Position numbers and translations under genes: made by a program. A stretch of 64,000 bases of DNA, taken from positions 32,001 through 96,000 of the IMG/VR virus record IMGVR_UViG_3300021399_000122; one strand, 5' to 3'. This document shows positions 1 to 8,314 of this stretch, piece by piece; position 1 is the first letter of the stretch, and each line of letters opens with the position of its first letter. The DNA comes from a virus (taxonomy: Duplodnaviria > Caudoviricetes). A model generated the notes under the pieces. That model did no database searches. It was not told the DNA's origin and saw nothing but the letters and a program-made list of their open reading frames with translations.

Positions 1-206
1 ATATATTAGTTTACCGCACCAATACGTATGCGTTTAACGGGAAGTTTAAATCATTAACTATCACAGATTCAAACGGAGGTTTGACACACAATTACATTCC
101 GTGCTACAGAAAGTCCGATTTAGAAATTGGAATGTACGATGTAATAGCGGGTAAATTCCTTACAAACGCAGGAACTGGAAGTCTTGTTAAGGGCAATAAC
201 GTATGA
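1..206 (+). CDS. Partial CDS (3' end), hypothetical phage protein
   Basis: Frame 3 is open from the window start to TGA 204-206 (...IPCYRKSDLEIGMYDVIAGKFLTNAGTG...); stop overlaps the next ATG (ATGA). Confidence 0.75.
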   Translation, partial: ILVYRTNTYAFNGKFKSLTITDSNGGLTHNYIPCYRKSDLEIGMYDVIAGKFLTNAGTGSLVKGNNV

Positions 207-1255
207 TTTACGATATTGATGGAGTCAAGATTAATCATGCATATGATCTTGATGGAACAGATTTAGCCGAAGCATTCGATATTGATGGTAATTCAATATT
301 CAGAAGGGGCAAAGCCACAGGCTATTCAATCGAAAATGTTCAGTCCTACTATCAGCCGAGAACGTTAGAGGTAACCGAACAGATAAATGCACTAAGCGAT
401 GATTGGCAATCATTTATATTTGTCACCGATCCGCATTATCCATCAAATGAAATGCATTCACAGTCAATTGCGCTATATCTGTTAAGCAACTCATCTGCAT
501 CAATGATTGTTCTTGGAGGCGATTATTGTGAAGGCTCATACAACTCTTCACGGTATAAAACATGGACTGCTGAATTTAGGGAAAGCGAAAATAAACACTA
601 TATTCATGCACTGTTTGGGAATCACGAACGCTTTGGCGGAGATCAATCAATGCCAACAGCGTTGAACGATATTTATAGTGATTTTCTTTCTGATAAAGTT
701 GATGATTTGGTTGGCAATCTTGAACAAGACTACTATTATTTTGACGATTCAGTCCGCAAAATAAGATACATGTTTATAAATACATCAGATGGAACGGATG
801 CATCGACAACGGCAGAGAACGCAACTACCATTTCCGCAACACAGCTTGCTTGGGTTAGAGAGGTTGTGCAGTTGCCAGATTCAACATGGTCGCTTATCGT
901 ATTGGCACATGTCAACATGATGTACGGAACTGGTTTGTTAAAAAATAAAGCGGATTTGATAGCCGTCATCGAAACCTGCAATGGCTCCATCGTTGGCTAT
1001 ATCTGCGGTCATCAGCACGCTGATAAAATATCGAAAATATCAGATGGCTTTTATGAATTAACACTTTTGTGTGATAGATTTTCTGAAACATATCCCGAAT
1101 CAGAAACAGAGGGAGGACATAGAGAGGCGGGAACGTATACCGAGCAGGCGGTTTCCGTTGTTTCATTTAATACGATAACCAAACAGGTAGTCATGAGAAG
1201 AATCGGTGCAGGTAACGATCAAGTGTTAAGTTATTCGTATGCGGTTGAAAGTTAA
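203..1255 (+). CDS. Calcineurin-like metallophosphoesterase
   Basis: Motifs TDPH, GGDY, GNHE, AH and GHQH in the correct order; N-terminal (Y/F)D(I/L)DG repeats. Confidence 0.85.
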   Translation: MIYDIDGVKINHAYDLDGTDLAEAFDIDGNSIFRRGKATGYSIENVQSYYQPRTLEVTEQINALSDDWQSFIFVTDPHYPSNEMHSQSIALYLLSNSSASMIVLGGDYCEGSYNSSRYKTWTAEFRESENKHYIHALFGNHERFGGDQSMPTALNDIYSDFLSDKVDDLVGNLEQDYYYFDDSVRKIRYMFINTSDGTDASTTAENATTISATQLAWVREVVQLPDSTWSLIVLAHVNMMYGTGLLKNKADLIAVIETCNGSIVGYICGHQHADKISKISDGFYELTLLCDRFSETYPESETEGGHREAGTYTEQAVSVVSFNTITKQVVMRRIGAGNDQVLSYSYAVES

Positions 1256-1271
1256 AGGAAACATTAAATCA
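1253..1271 (+). repeat. Gene-boundary element TAAAGGAAACATTAAATCA
   Basis: Starts at the stop codon of 203..1255; differs at one base from the copy at 3086-3104. Confidence 0.7.
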
Positions 1272-1288
1272 AAGACAGGAGGTGACAT

Positions 1289-2482
1289 ATGTCAGATATT
1301 GAACAAATCACAAGAGAGGAAGTCCTTCTGAACTCCATTGCAGAAGGAACTGGCTCAGAAATTAAACCGATCACACGGAAAGAAATGTACCTCTCGGCTA
1401 TCGCAGGAGAAACCGAACTCCCTGCCGATATGAAGCCGATCACTAGAGAAGAAATCTTTCTTCAGAAAGTACTGGATAACGGAACTGGTGGAGGCGGTGG
1501 CATCACACCGACAGGAACGATTGATATTACGTCGAATGGCGACCATGATGTAACCGATTATGCTACTGCTCACGTCGCTGTTCCTCAGCCGAGTGGAAGT
1601 GTGAACATTACTCAGAACGGAACACACGATGTTACTGATTTCGCTTCAGCAGAGGTGAGCGTCCCTAATTCCTATACATCCTCAGATGAAGGCAAGGTAG
1701 TTTCAAGCGGAGCATTAGTCAGCCAGTCAAGTCAGACAGTTACCGAAAACGGAACATATGACACAACATTGAAGAATGAGGTTGTTGTTAATGTAAGCGG
1801 AAGCGGTGGCGGCTCAGATGTTCTCAAAGCGATTGTTGAGAGAACTGCTGCTGACATAACATTGCCGAACGGTTTGACAAAAATAGGAAATTACGTATTC
1901 TACGGTTATGCAATTTTACGATCTATAGTATTGCCAAGCAGTTTAACAAGCATTGGACAATATGCATTCAACAATTGCACAGGCTTAACATCTATAACAT
2001 TGCCGAACGGTTTAACAAAAATTGAAACAAGTACATTCCGAGACTGCATAAGCTTGGCATCTATAACAATACCAAGTGGAGTTACAAGCATTGGAACATA
2101 TGCATTCAACAATTGTTCAGGCTTAACATCTATAACATTGCCGAACGGTTTAACAAGTATTGGAAACGACGCATTCAGCAATTGCTCGAGCTTGGCATCT
2201 ATAATAATACCAAGTGGAGTTACAAGCATTGGACAATATACATTCAACGGTTGTAGGAACTTAACGACTTTGGTATTACGCAGAAGTGATGCTGTTTGCG
2301 CTCTTAGTAATAAAAACGCATTAATAAGTACCCCTATTAGAGGTTATAACGGCTTAACAGGCAAAGTTTATGTTCCTTCTGCTTTGATAGAAAGCTATAA
2401 GACGGCTACCAACTGGTCAACAATTTACAATGAAGGACATATGGAATTTGTTGCGATTGAAGGAAGTGAATACGATGATTAA
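1289..2482 (+). CDS. BspA/TpLRR-type leucine-rich repeat protein
   Basis: 23-aa repeats LTSITLPNGLTSIGxxAFxNCxx; N-terminal PITRxE and NGxHDVT repeats; SD AGGAGG. Confidence 0.9.
   Translation: MSDIEQITREEVLLNSIAEGTGSEIKPITRKEMYLSAIAGETELPADMKPITREEIFLQKVLDNGTGGGGGITPTGTIDITSNGDHDVTDYATAHVAVPQPSGSVNITQNGTHDVTDFASAEVSVPNSYTSSDEGKVVSSGALVSQSSQTVTENGTYDTTLKNEVVVNVSGSGGGSDVLKAIVERTAADITLPNGLTKIGNYVFYGYAILRSIVLPSSLTSIGQYAFNNCTGLTSITLPNGLTKIETSTFRDCISLASITIPSGVTSIGTYAFNNCSGLTSITLPNGLTSIGNDAFSNCSSLASIIIPSGVTSIGQYTFNGCRNLTTLVLRRSDAVCALSNKNALISTPIRGYNGLTGKVYVPSALIESYKTATNWSTIYNEGHMEFVAIEGSEYDD
1856..2260 (+). repeat. Near-identical 138-bp-period DNA repeats inside the LRR gene
   Basis: ATAACATTGCCGAACGGTTT at 1856, 1994 and 2132; AGCTTGGCATCTATAA..ATACCAAGTGGAGTTACAAGCATTGGA at 2051 and 2189. 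Confidence 0.9.
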
Positions 2483-2696
2483 AACAGAAAACTTAACGAT
2501 TGGCGGTAAGACCTTCATCCGTACATATTCTGATGCAGGCATGAAAATCCATGGTGGCAGTCCTGCTTCTGATTACGATGAAGCAGTTGATCCTGCTGAA
2601 CTCGGAAGAACCTACACAGAGACAAATATTCCGATCGAAACAGATGCAACCGAAGCAGAGGAAATTCTTTCCATCCTCACAGGAGAATCTGTATGA
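2475..2696 (+). CDS. Hypothetical protein (RTYSD...YDEAVD...RTYTET type)
   Basis: ATG at 2475 overlaps the end of the LRR gene; stop overlaps the next ATG. Confidence 0.75.
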   Translation: MIKTENLTIGGKTFIRTYSDAGMKIHGGSPASDYDEAVDPAELGRTYTETNIPIETDATEAEEILSILTGESV

Positions 2697-3088
2697 TTAC
2701 GATTGAGAAAGCAAGACAGCTTAGAAAGCTGATTGAAAAGGCATCTGCATCACTGGACGATGAACAGGCATTAAACGGTGTTGAACTGTTCCCTAAGTGG
2801 AGCGAATCAGCGAGCTATGCAGTTGGCGACAGAGTTCAGTACGAAGGCACACTGTATAAGTGCTTACAGGCTCATGATGCACAGGCTGATTGGAAGCCTT
2901 CTGAAGCCGTGTCTTTATGGGTTAGGGTTGACGATCCTTCCATTGAATACCCTGCTTGGATTCAGCCTGTAGGAGCACAGGATGCATATCCGAAGGGAGC
3001 AAAGGTCAGCCACCTTGAAAAGCACTGGATCAGCGATGTTGATGGTAACGTGTGGGAGCCGTCAGTTTACGGGTGGTCTGAAGTTTAA
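2693..3088 (+). CDS. Carbohydrate-binding module (CBM5/12, ChiC-like) protein
   Basis: W..SASYAVGDRVQYEGTLYKCLQAH...W.P...LW plus a second AYPKGAKVSH...W.S...NVWEP module. Confidence 0.8.
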   Translation: MITIEKARQLRKLIEKASASLDDEQALNGVELFPKWSESASYAVGDRVQYEGTLYKCLQAHDAQADWKPSEAVSLWVRVDDPSIEYPAWIQPVGAQDAYPKGAKVSHLEKHWISDVDGNVWEPSVYGWSEV

Positions 3089-3104
3089 AGGAAACTTTAA
3101 ATCA
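3086..3104 (+). repeat. Gene-boundary element TAAAGGAAACTTTAAATCA
   Basis: Starts at the stop codon of 2693..3088; perfect inverted repeat TTTAAAG-GAAA-CTTTAAA at 3084-3101. Confidence 0.75.
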
Positions 3105-3119
3105 GAGAATTACAGGGAC

Positions 3120-3380
3120 GCTTCGCCTAGTCAAAGCCGTGATCCGTGGCTGAAGTAACGGATGGAGCGAAGCAAAGGCAGACTGTTGGGAGAAGGCTTG
3201 GTCTGCTATAATTAGCATTGTGTTGCAACTGATGTTAGATACGGCTTTCGGTCACGATTACTAACAGAGAAAGACAAAGGGCGTCTTTGAGACGTCAATG
3301 ACCGAATTTAAAATCTGAGGCCGGATGTGCGCACATCTGGGGCAACCTGCCGCCTGAAGATGCATAGTGCAGTCCTCAGA
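3120..3380 (+). ncRNA. Candidate structured non-coding RNA, family unknown
   Basis: No long ORF; at least 8 complementary segment pairs and one pseudoknot-type pairing (see findings). Confidence 0.55.
3204..3212 (+). promoter_or_regulatory. Possible extended -10 promoter (TGCTATAAT)
   Basis: Exact TGnTATAAT in an intergenic region; no convincing -35. Confidence 0.35.
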
Positions 3381-3409
3381 AACTTTAAATCACCAACCCA
3401 AAAGACTTT

Positions 3410-3432
3410 GGCCATCATATGATGGCCTTTTT
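3410..3432 (+). terminator. Rho-independent terminator
   Basis: GGCCATC-ATAT-GATGGCC followed by T5. Confidence 0.7.
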
Positions 3433-3511
3433 AATTGTAAACAAATTTGTAGAGCGAGCTTAATCAGCCCGCCCTTTTATTTATTTCTTAAATTTATGAA
3501 AGGAAGTAATT

Positions 3512-4000
3512 ATGGCAAATTTTAACAACCCCTATGTACCCGTACCCGGATGGCCGCAGTCTTCTGCGCTCGCCTACCCCGCTTCGGGTCAGCCCTACCA
3601 GCAGATGTCTTACACGCAGCCGTATCAGGCGCAGTACGCATCGCCTCAGATGTCACAGGCAAATTATGCCTACGCAAACTCTGTTAACAACAAGAATATT
3701 ATCTGGGTCGCCGGTCAGGCTGGCGCTGAAGCGTATCAGATGGAACCGGGCTCGCGGGCTGTTTTGCTCGACTCTAAAGATCAAGTTTTCTACATCAAAG
3801 TGGTTGGCCCGGACGGACGGCCCGAACCACTTATGGCATTTAAGTATGAACCTTTGAACCTGAACATGCAGAATGAGAGTTCACAGGCTTCGCAGGCAGT
3901 TGACACAAGCAACTTCGCCACGAAGGATGATCTGAACCAGATCATGGAATATGTCAAGAAGCTTTCTCAGGGACAGAAAGGATCTAAGACTAATGGCTAA
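3512..4000 (+). CDS. Hypothetical protein, gene 1 of conserved 5-gene phage module
   Basis: Q/P/Y-rich N-terminus then IIWVAGQAGAEAY...VLLDS...FYIK. Confidence 0.8.
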   Translation: MANFNNPYVPVPGWPQSSALAYPASGQPYQQMSYTQPYQAQYASPQMSQANYAYANSVNNKNIIWVAGQAGAEAYQMEPGSRAVLLDSKDQVFYIKVVGPDGRPEPLMAFKYEPLNLNMQNESSQASQAVDTSNFATKDDLNQIMEYVKKLSQGQKGSKTNG

Positions 4001-4223
4001 TCCTCTTTTCGATAAGTTAGGGGGATTGTCATACCCTCAAGTTAACTCGCATCTCGGCGCCTACAACGATTTACTTAATCGCGCCCAACAGATGGCACAA
4101 ACCTTACCTCCTACATTTAATCCACAATCAATTATTCAAAACATGTTAAACTCCCATCAGGTTTCGCAGGATCAGCTCAATCAAGCTATGAGCATTGCGA
4201 ATAAACTGACGGGCAGAGGGTAA
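3993..4223 (+). CDS. Hypothetical Q/N-rich protein (module gene 2)
   Basis: MANPLF...NPQSIIQNMLNS...SQDQLNQA; start overlaps the upstream stop. Confidence 0.75.
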   Translation: MANPLFDKLGGLSYPQVNSHLGAYNDLLNRAQQMAQTLPPTFNPQSIIQNMLNSHQVSQDQLNQAMSIANKLTGRG

Positions 4224-4270
4224 AAAAGAATTCTATTAAATTAACATAGAAGGAGGAAATTCTTTTTATT

Positions 4271-5050
4271 ATGTCTTTATCATATGACAATGCAAATGGC
4301 ATGGTTATGCCTGTTTCACCGATGCCTTATGGCGGTAACGGCGGTTTTGGTTTCGGCGGCGACGGAGCTTGGTGGCTCATCGTCCTGCTCCTCATCGGTT
4401 GGGGCGGCAACGGATTCGGTAACGGATTCGGCGGCGGAAGCGGTCAGGCTGAAGTCCAGCGTGGCTTCGATCAGTCTGCTGTTATGAACGGTATCTCAGG
4501 CGTAACATCTGCAATCACAAATCTTGGAACAGCGATGAATGCTGGTTTTGCTAACGCAGAGACAGCTGACAACGCTCGTCAGATTGCGAATATGCAGCAG
4601 GCCTTTGCGGCCCAGACAGCCATGACAAGTGGAATGAACACACTTGCCTCTCAGATTTCTAACTGCTGCTGCCAGTCACAGCTTCAGACAGCAAATCTGA
4701 ACTCGACAATTCTCGCAGAGAATTGTGCCGATCGTGCGGCACTTTCTGACGCACTCCGTGATGTTATCACAAGTCAGAACGCAGGCGTCCAGAGAATTCT
4801 CGACACTATGTGCCAGGATAAGATCGATGCTAAGAACGAGAAGATCGCAGACCTCCAGAACCAGCTGGCCATGGCTCAGCTCGCGGCTTCTCAGAACGCA
4901 CAGACAGCTTCTATCATTGCAAACAACGAAGCACAGACAGGTATTCTGGAACGTTATCTCGCTCCGTCACCCGTCCCCGCTTACATCGTTCAGAATCCTA
5001 ACGGATGCGGTAACTATTTCAACGGATACGGTTGCGGATGTAACGCCTAA
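4271..5050 (+). CDS. Gly-rich, single-TM, coiled-coil protein with Cys clusters (module gene 3)
   Basis: GGDGAWWLIVLLLIGWGG, NCCC, coiled coil, C-terminal GCGC; SD AGGAGG. Confidence 0.85.
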   Translation: MSLSYDNANGMVMPVSPMPYGGNGGFGFGGDGAWWLIVLLLIGWGGNGFGNGFGGGSGQAEVQRGFDQSAVMNGISGVTSAITNLGTAMNAGFANAETADNARQIANMQQAFAAQTAMTSGMNTLASQISNCCCQSQLQTANLNSTILAENCADRAALSDALRDVITSQNAGVQRILDTMCQDKIDAKNEKIADLQNQLAMAQLAASQNAQTASIIANNEAQTGILERYLAPSPVPAYIVQNPNGCGNYFNGYGCGCNA

Positions 5051-5064
5051 CAGGAGGTGGCATA

Positions 5065-5532
5065 ATGGCTGAATACAGTGCAAATGCCGTCCAGACTGTT
5101 AACCCCGGTGAGGTTGTTGTCTTCACCGCCTCAGATGCTCCTTGCATGAGGAACTTCGTGAGGCACAGAGACGGCACAGGCAGTTTCCTTCTCAGCGGTT
5201 GGCTCCCGCCCTTCATGCACGGTTGCCCTTGCAACTCAAGAACAGCCGAGTATCTTGTAGACTTTGGAGCCAATATCGCTGTGCCTACCGGTGGAACAGC
5301 CGGAGAAATCTCCGTAGCCATCAGCGTTGATGGGACAACTATTCCCGCCAGCACAATGAGAGTCACCCCTGCCGCCGTTGAAGAATACTTCAATGTCAGC
5401 AGATCAATCTCCGTGCCGGTGTGGCGTGGCTGTTGTGAAACAGTCGCAATTCGCAACACAAGTGATCAGCCGATCCTTGTTGAGTCTGCCAACATCAGAT
5501 TCACAAGACCTGATCTGAGCGTTACTTATTGA
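5065..5532 (+). CDS. Beta-rich protein, possibly BclA-C-terminal-like (module gene 4)
   Basis: AVQTV.PG..VVF...Y.VDFGANIAVP...ISVDG pattern; SD AGGAGG. Fold assignment is inference. Confidence 0.75.
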   Translation: MAEYSANAVQTVNPGEVVVFTASDAPCMRNFVRHRDGTGSFLLSGWLPPFMHGCPCNSRTAEYLVDFGANIAVPTGGTAGEISVAISVDGTTIPASTMRVTPAAVEEYFNVSRSISVPVWRGCCETVAIRNTSDQPILVESANIRFTRPDLSVTY

Positions 5533-5542
5533 GGAGGAACTT

Positions 5543-5914
5543 ATGGAACTGGAAAAGGTTTTAGAGAATCTTGAAGATTCGGTGAGTTCCGAGCTCGAGA
5601 AACTTGCCAAGAAAGGCGAACTTAACCCGGCAGAGATTAAGAACGCCACCGATGCATTATGCTTACTCGCTAAGATTAAGATGGTCGAAGACGGTGACTA
5701 TTCCGATGAAGAATACTCTGAGACTGACCATGCTTACAGAGGAAGCTATGCAAGAGGCAGAAGTTACCGGAGCCGTAGATATTCAAATGGTTCTAGTAGA
5801 CATAGCATCAATGACCGCATCGTTGATCAGCTTGAAAGAATGATGGACAGTGCAGGCAGTGAGTACGAGCGCAACGTGCTCTCTGGCTGGATCGCAAAAG
5901 TAGAAGCCGAATAA
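5543..5914 (+). CDS. Hypothetical protein with R/S/Y-rich segment (module gene 5)
   Basis: SD GAGGAGG; acidic N-terminus and RGSYARGRSYRSRRYS tract. Confidence 0.8.
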   Translation: MELEKVLENLEDSVSSELEKLAKKGELNPAEIKNATDALCLLAKIKMVEDGDYSDEEYSETDHAYRGSYARGRSYRSRRYSNGSSRHSINDRIVDQLERMMDSAGSEYERNVLSGWIAKVEAE

Positions 5915-5984
5915 TCGGCTGCTTGTCATTGCACCGGATTAACAGCTTGTAGGGTGCTGTTATCCGTTATTAGTTAGCTTGAGG

Positions 5985-6012
5985 AAGAGGGCTCTTTGTA
6001 GGGAGCCCTCTT
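5985..6012 (+). terminator. Hairpin, probable terminator after the 5-gene module
   Basis: AAGAGGGCTC / GAGCCCTCTT perfect 10-bp stem; weak U tail. Confidence 0.5.
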
Positions 6013-6035
6013 ATAATCCTACACGAGACAAAGAT

Positions 6036-6536
6036 ATGGCAAAATCTAAAGCAAGGACTAAGACTATTAAACTCGTCATCGACAACAAAGTCTTGGACAG
6101 GTATGCAGAATATTATTTCACGGAACACCCCAAGGCAAGACTATACCCGATAAAACATCCCTTTCATGAAAGCATTAATACGTGGATGGTGATGCGTCGG
6201 CCGATGATGAATGGTTTAAAACAGAAATGGAAGGACTTTATTAAATGGTTTGTCGATGATCAAGGTTGTTCCAACCTGCGCATCAGCAGATGCGAGATTT
6301 CACAGACGATTTATTACGACACAAATCGTAGGCACGATCTCGACAACGGCGTCCCGAAATTTATTTTAGACGGATTGGTCGAGAGCGGAATGATCGTTGA
6401 TGACGATTCAAAACATATAACAAAGTTAACACTTCAGTGCGCGACTGATACTGAACGCCCGAGAACAGAGCTCAGGATCAAGATCGCTGAATATGAGAGT
6501 ACGGCAGAGGATGATTCCCCTGCCCTTTTTATTTAA
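6036..6536 (+). CDS. rusA: RusA-like Holliday junction resolvase
   Basis: RRHDLDNGVPKFILDGLVESGMIVDDD matches the RusA D-x-D-N...K...D...DD catalytic pattern. Confidence 0.75.
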   Translation: MAKSKARTKTIKLVIDNKVLDRYAEYYFTEHPKARLYPIKHPFHESINTWMVMRRPMMNGLKQKWKDFIKWFVDDQGCSNLRISRCEISQTIYYDTNRRHDLDNGVPKFILDGLVESGMIVDDDSKHITKLTLQCATDTERPRTELRIKIAEYESTAEDDSPALFI

Positions 6537-6557
6537 CAAGGATAAAAGGAGAAGACT

Positions 6558-7142
6558 ATGGTAGCTATTAGCAAAGATATTATCTACAAAGACGCAACTA
6601 TTACAGATACATGGAACGGTGTTGAAATTGAAATCAAGCGTTCCCTCACTGCTGAACAGGCCGCGGCTTTTATCAGGTTTGTTTTTGGTAGCTCTATTAC
6701 CGATGACGGCAACTACCTCCCCGAGGTAGAACACACACTCGCAAGGATTGCGACAATTGCCGCATATACAAATATCGAACTGCCGGAGGATGCAAACGAG
6801 CAGTATGACCTGGTTTATGGAACAGACATCTGCGATTGGATCACCGACAGAATCAATTACGACCAGTTTGCAGCCATTGAAGATGGCATCAGAGAACGTC
6901 GCCTCGCATTCAACCGCGACAAGTCAAATGTTGTCGAGAGACAGATGAACGATATGTATGCATCGCTGAGCTCGCTCGTATCAACACTCGAATCAACGGT
7001 TGGTGAGGTCAGCGGCGAACAGCTGGAAGACTTCCTGAAGCTGCTTTCAAATACGAATATCGATGAGAAGAAAGTTGTCTCAGCAGTGTTCGATGAGAAG
7101 GCAAAGCGCAAACAGGTTAAACCTGCGAAAGAATCAGAATAA
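6558..7142 (+). CDS. Hypothetical protein, possible tail assembly chaperone
   Basis: Good SD; position upstream of the tape measure gene; paralogous to the next gene. Confidence 0.6.
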   Translation: MVAISKDIIYKDATITDTWNGVEIEIKRSLTAEQAAAFIRFVFGSSITDDGNYLPEVEHTLARIATIAAYTNIELPEDANEQYDLVYGTDICDWITDRINYDQFAAIEDGIRERRLAFNRDKSNVVERQMNDMYASLSSLVSTLESTVGEVSGEQLEDFLKLLSNTNIDEKKVVSAVFDEKAKRKQVKPAKESE

Positions 7143-7185
7143 TTGAATTAAGGAAGGAGGAGGTGCCGATCGGCACCATTTAATT

Positions 7186-7581
7186 ATGGGACAAATTAAA
7201 AGACTGTCTGCTAATGATGTGATGCGCGTAACCGGCGTCTCCGGGAAGCAGGCAAGGAAGGTTACGTGGCATACTGCCGAATTTATAATGCGACCACTTT
7301 TATCAATTGAAAGTTATTCCAGCCTCGTGGATAGAATCATCAATGATTGTTTTGACGAAAACGGTGTATTTAATTTGGGCGTTTTGGATTTTTCATTACG
7401 CAAAAATATAGTTTCAGCGTATGCATTTGTCGATCTCCCCACCGATGTTGATGATCTTTACAGGGTTTTATACTCATCAGACTTGTTTGATACGGTTTGT
7501 CGATACGCAAACCAAGCGCAGCTTGAGTCAATACTAAGGGTAGTAACAATTTATGTAGGTGAAGTGTATGGACGAAATTGA
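7186..7581 (+). CDS. Hypothetical protein, paralogue of 6558..7142
   Basis: Shares AY..(I/V)(E/D)LP.D....Y...Y.(T/S)D with the upstream gene. Confidence 0.65.
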   Translation: MGQIKRLSANDVMRVTGVSGKQARKVTWHTAEFIMRPLLSIESYSSLVDRIINDCFDENGVFNLGVLDFSLRKNIVSAYAFVDLPTDVDDLYRVLYSSDLFDTVCRYANQAQLESILRVVTIYVGEVYGRN

Positions 7582-8290
7582 TGCGTATATAAACCAAATA
7601 GAACAAGATGTGATTAATTTTAAAAAAGCTGTTAGGGCTGAAGAGGCAAAACAGGTCGCCGAAATCAAAGAAAAACTTGCAAAAGATATGGCCAAGAAGC
7701 AGGACGCCGTATACGAGAAGCTGTTTAAAAAGGTAATAAAGAATTATTACGCAGCATACGATCCGAAGTTTTACAAAAGACTGGCAGGGAACAATAGCGG
7801 CGGCTTATTTGAGGTGCTGGATTTACCCGACGACGAGATGACAGACAGATCCACTGTTGGGGTTATGTCGCTTGTTGACGGTGGGCAAATGAGTATTTCG
7901 AAGTATGAGGATGGTGGATTTGTAAGCGAACAGGCACCAGCAGAATTGTTCAGAACTACATTTGAGCTTGGCTACCACGGAGGCGCTACAAAAATTAAAA
8001 AAGGAAAAGCTAAGGTCTGGGGCGAGCACCCAAGTCCCGGCACACCATTCTGGCGTAAAGGTGGCGTAGTCACAGCTAAGAACGGCAAGAAAATTAGACA
8101 CCGATGGGCAAGGTGGCACGTGGCGGCTTTCCAATCAGAAGCGCCTAAAGATTTATTTGAATCGGCAATTCAGGAGGCAGAAGACAGCGAAATTCAAACA
8201 TACTTTATTAAAACAGGGACTAAGTACTGCCAAGAGGTGGAGAAGAATATTGCAGCCTATGCCACCAAACTTGCCCAAGAAACATTTTAA
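7568..8290 (+). CDS. Hypothetical protein, possible tail completion component
   Basis: Long ORF in the tail operon; YYAAYDPKFYKR motif. Confidence 0.65.
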   Translation: MDEIDAYINQIEQDVINFKKAVRAEEAKQVAEIKEKLAKDMAKKQDAVYEKLFKKVIKNYYAAYDPKFYKRLAGNNSGGLFEVLDLPDDEMTDRSTVGVMSLVDGGQMSISKYEDGGFVSEQAPAELFRTTFELGYHGGATKIKKGKAKVWGEHPSPGTPFWRKGGVVTAKNGKKIRHRWARWHVAAFQSEAPKDLFESAIQEAEDSEIQTYFIKTGTKYCQEVEKNIAAYATKLAQETF

Positions 8291-8314
8291 TCAACATAAG
8301 GAGGCGATGATGGA

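Noticed and set aside
35-53. TAACGGGAAGTTTAAATCA, resembling the boundary element
   Set aside because: Lies inside an open, family-typical coding frame rather than at a boundary; not counted, though it could be a relic.
1856-2260. Possible DGR template/variable repeat pair
   Set aside because: Repeats are tandem in-frame LRR units, differences are not confined to adenines, and no reverse transcriptase is in the window.
3354-3383. Hammerhead-like CTGAAGA...GAAAC or group I intron S-like segment
   Set aside because: GAAA does not directly follow stem II, and no matching R element or interrupted gene was found.
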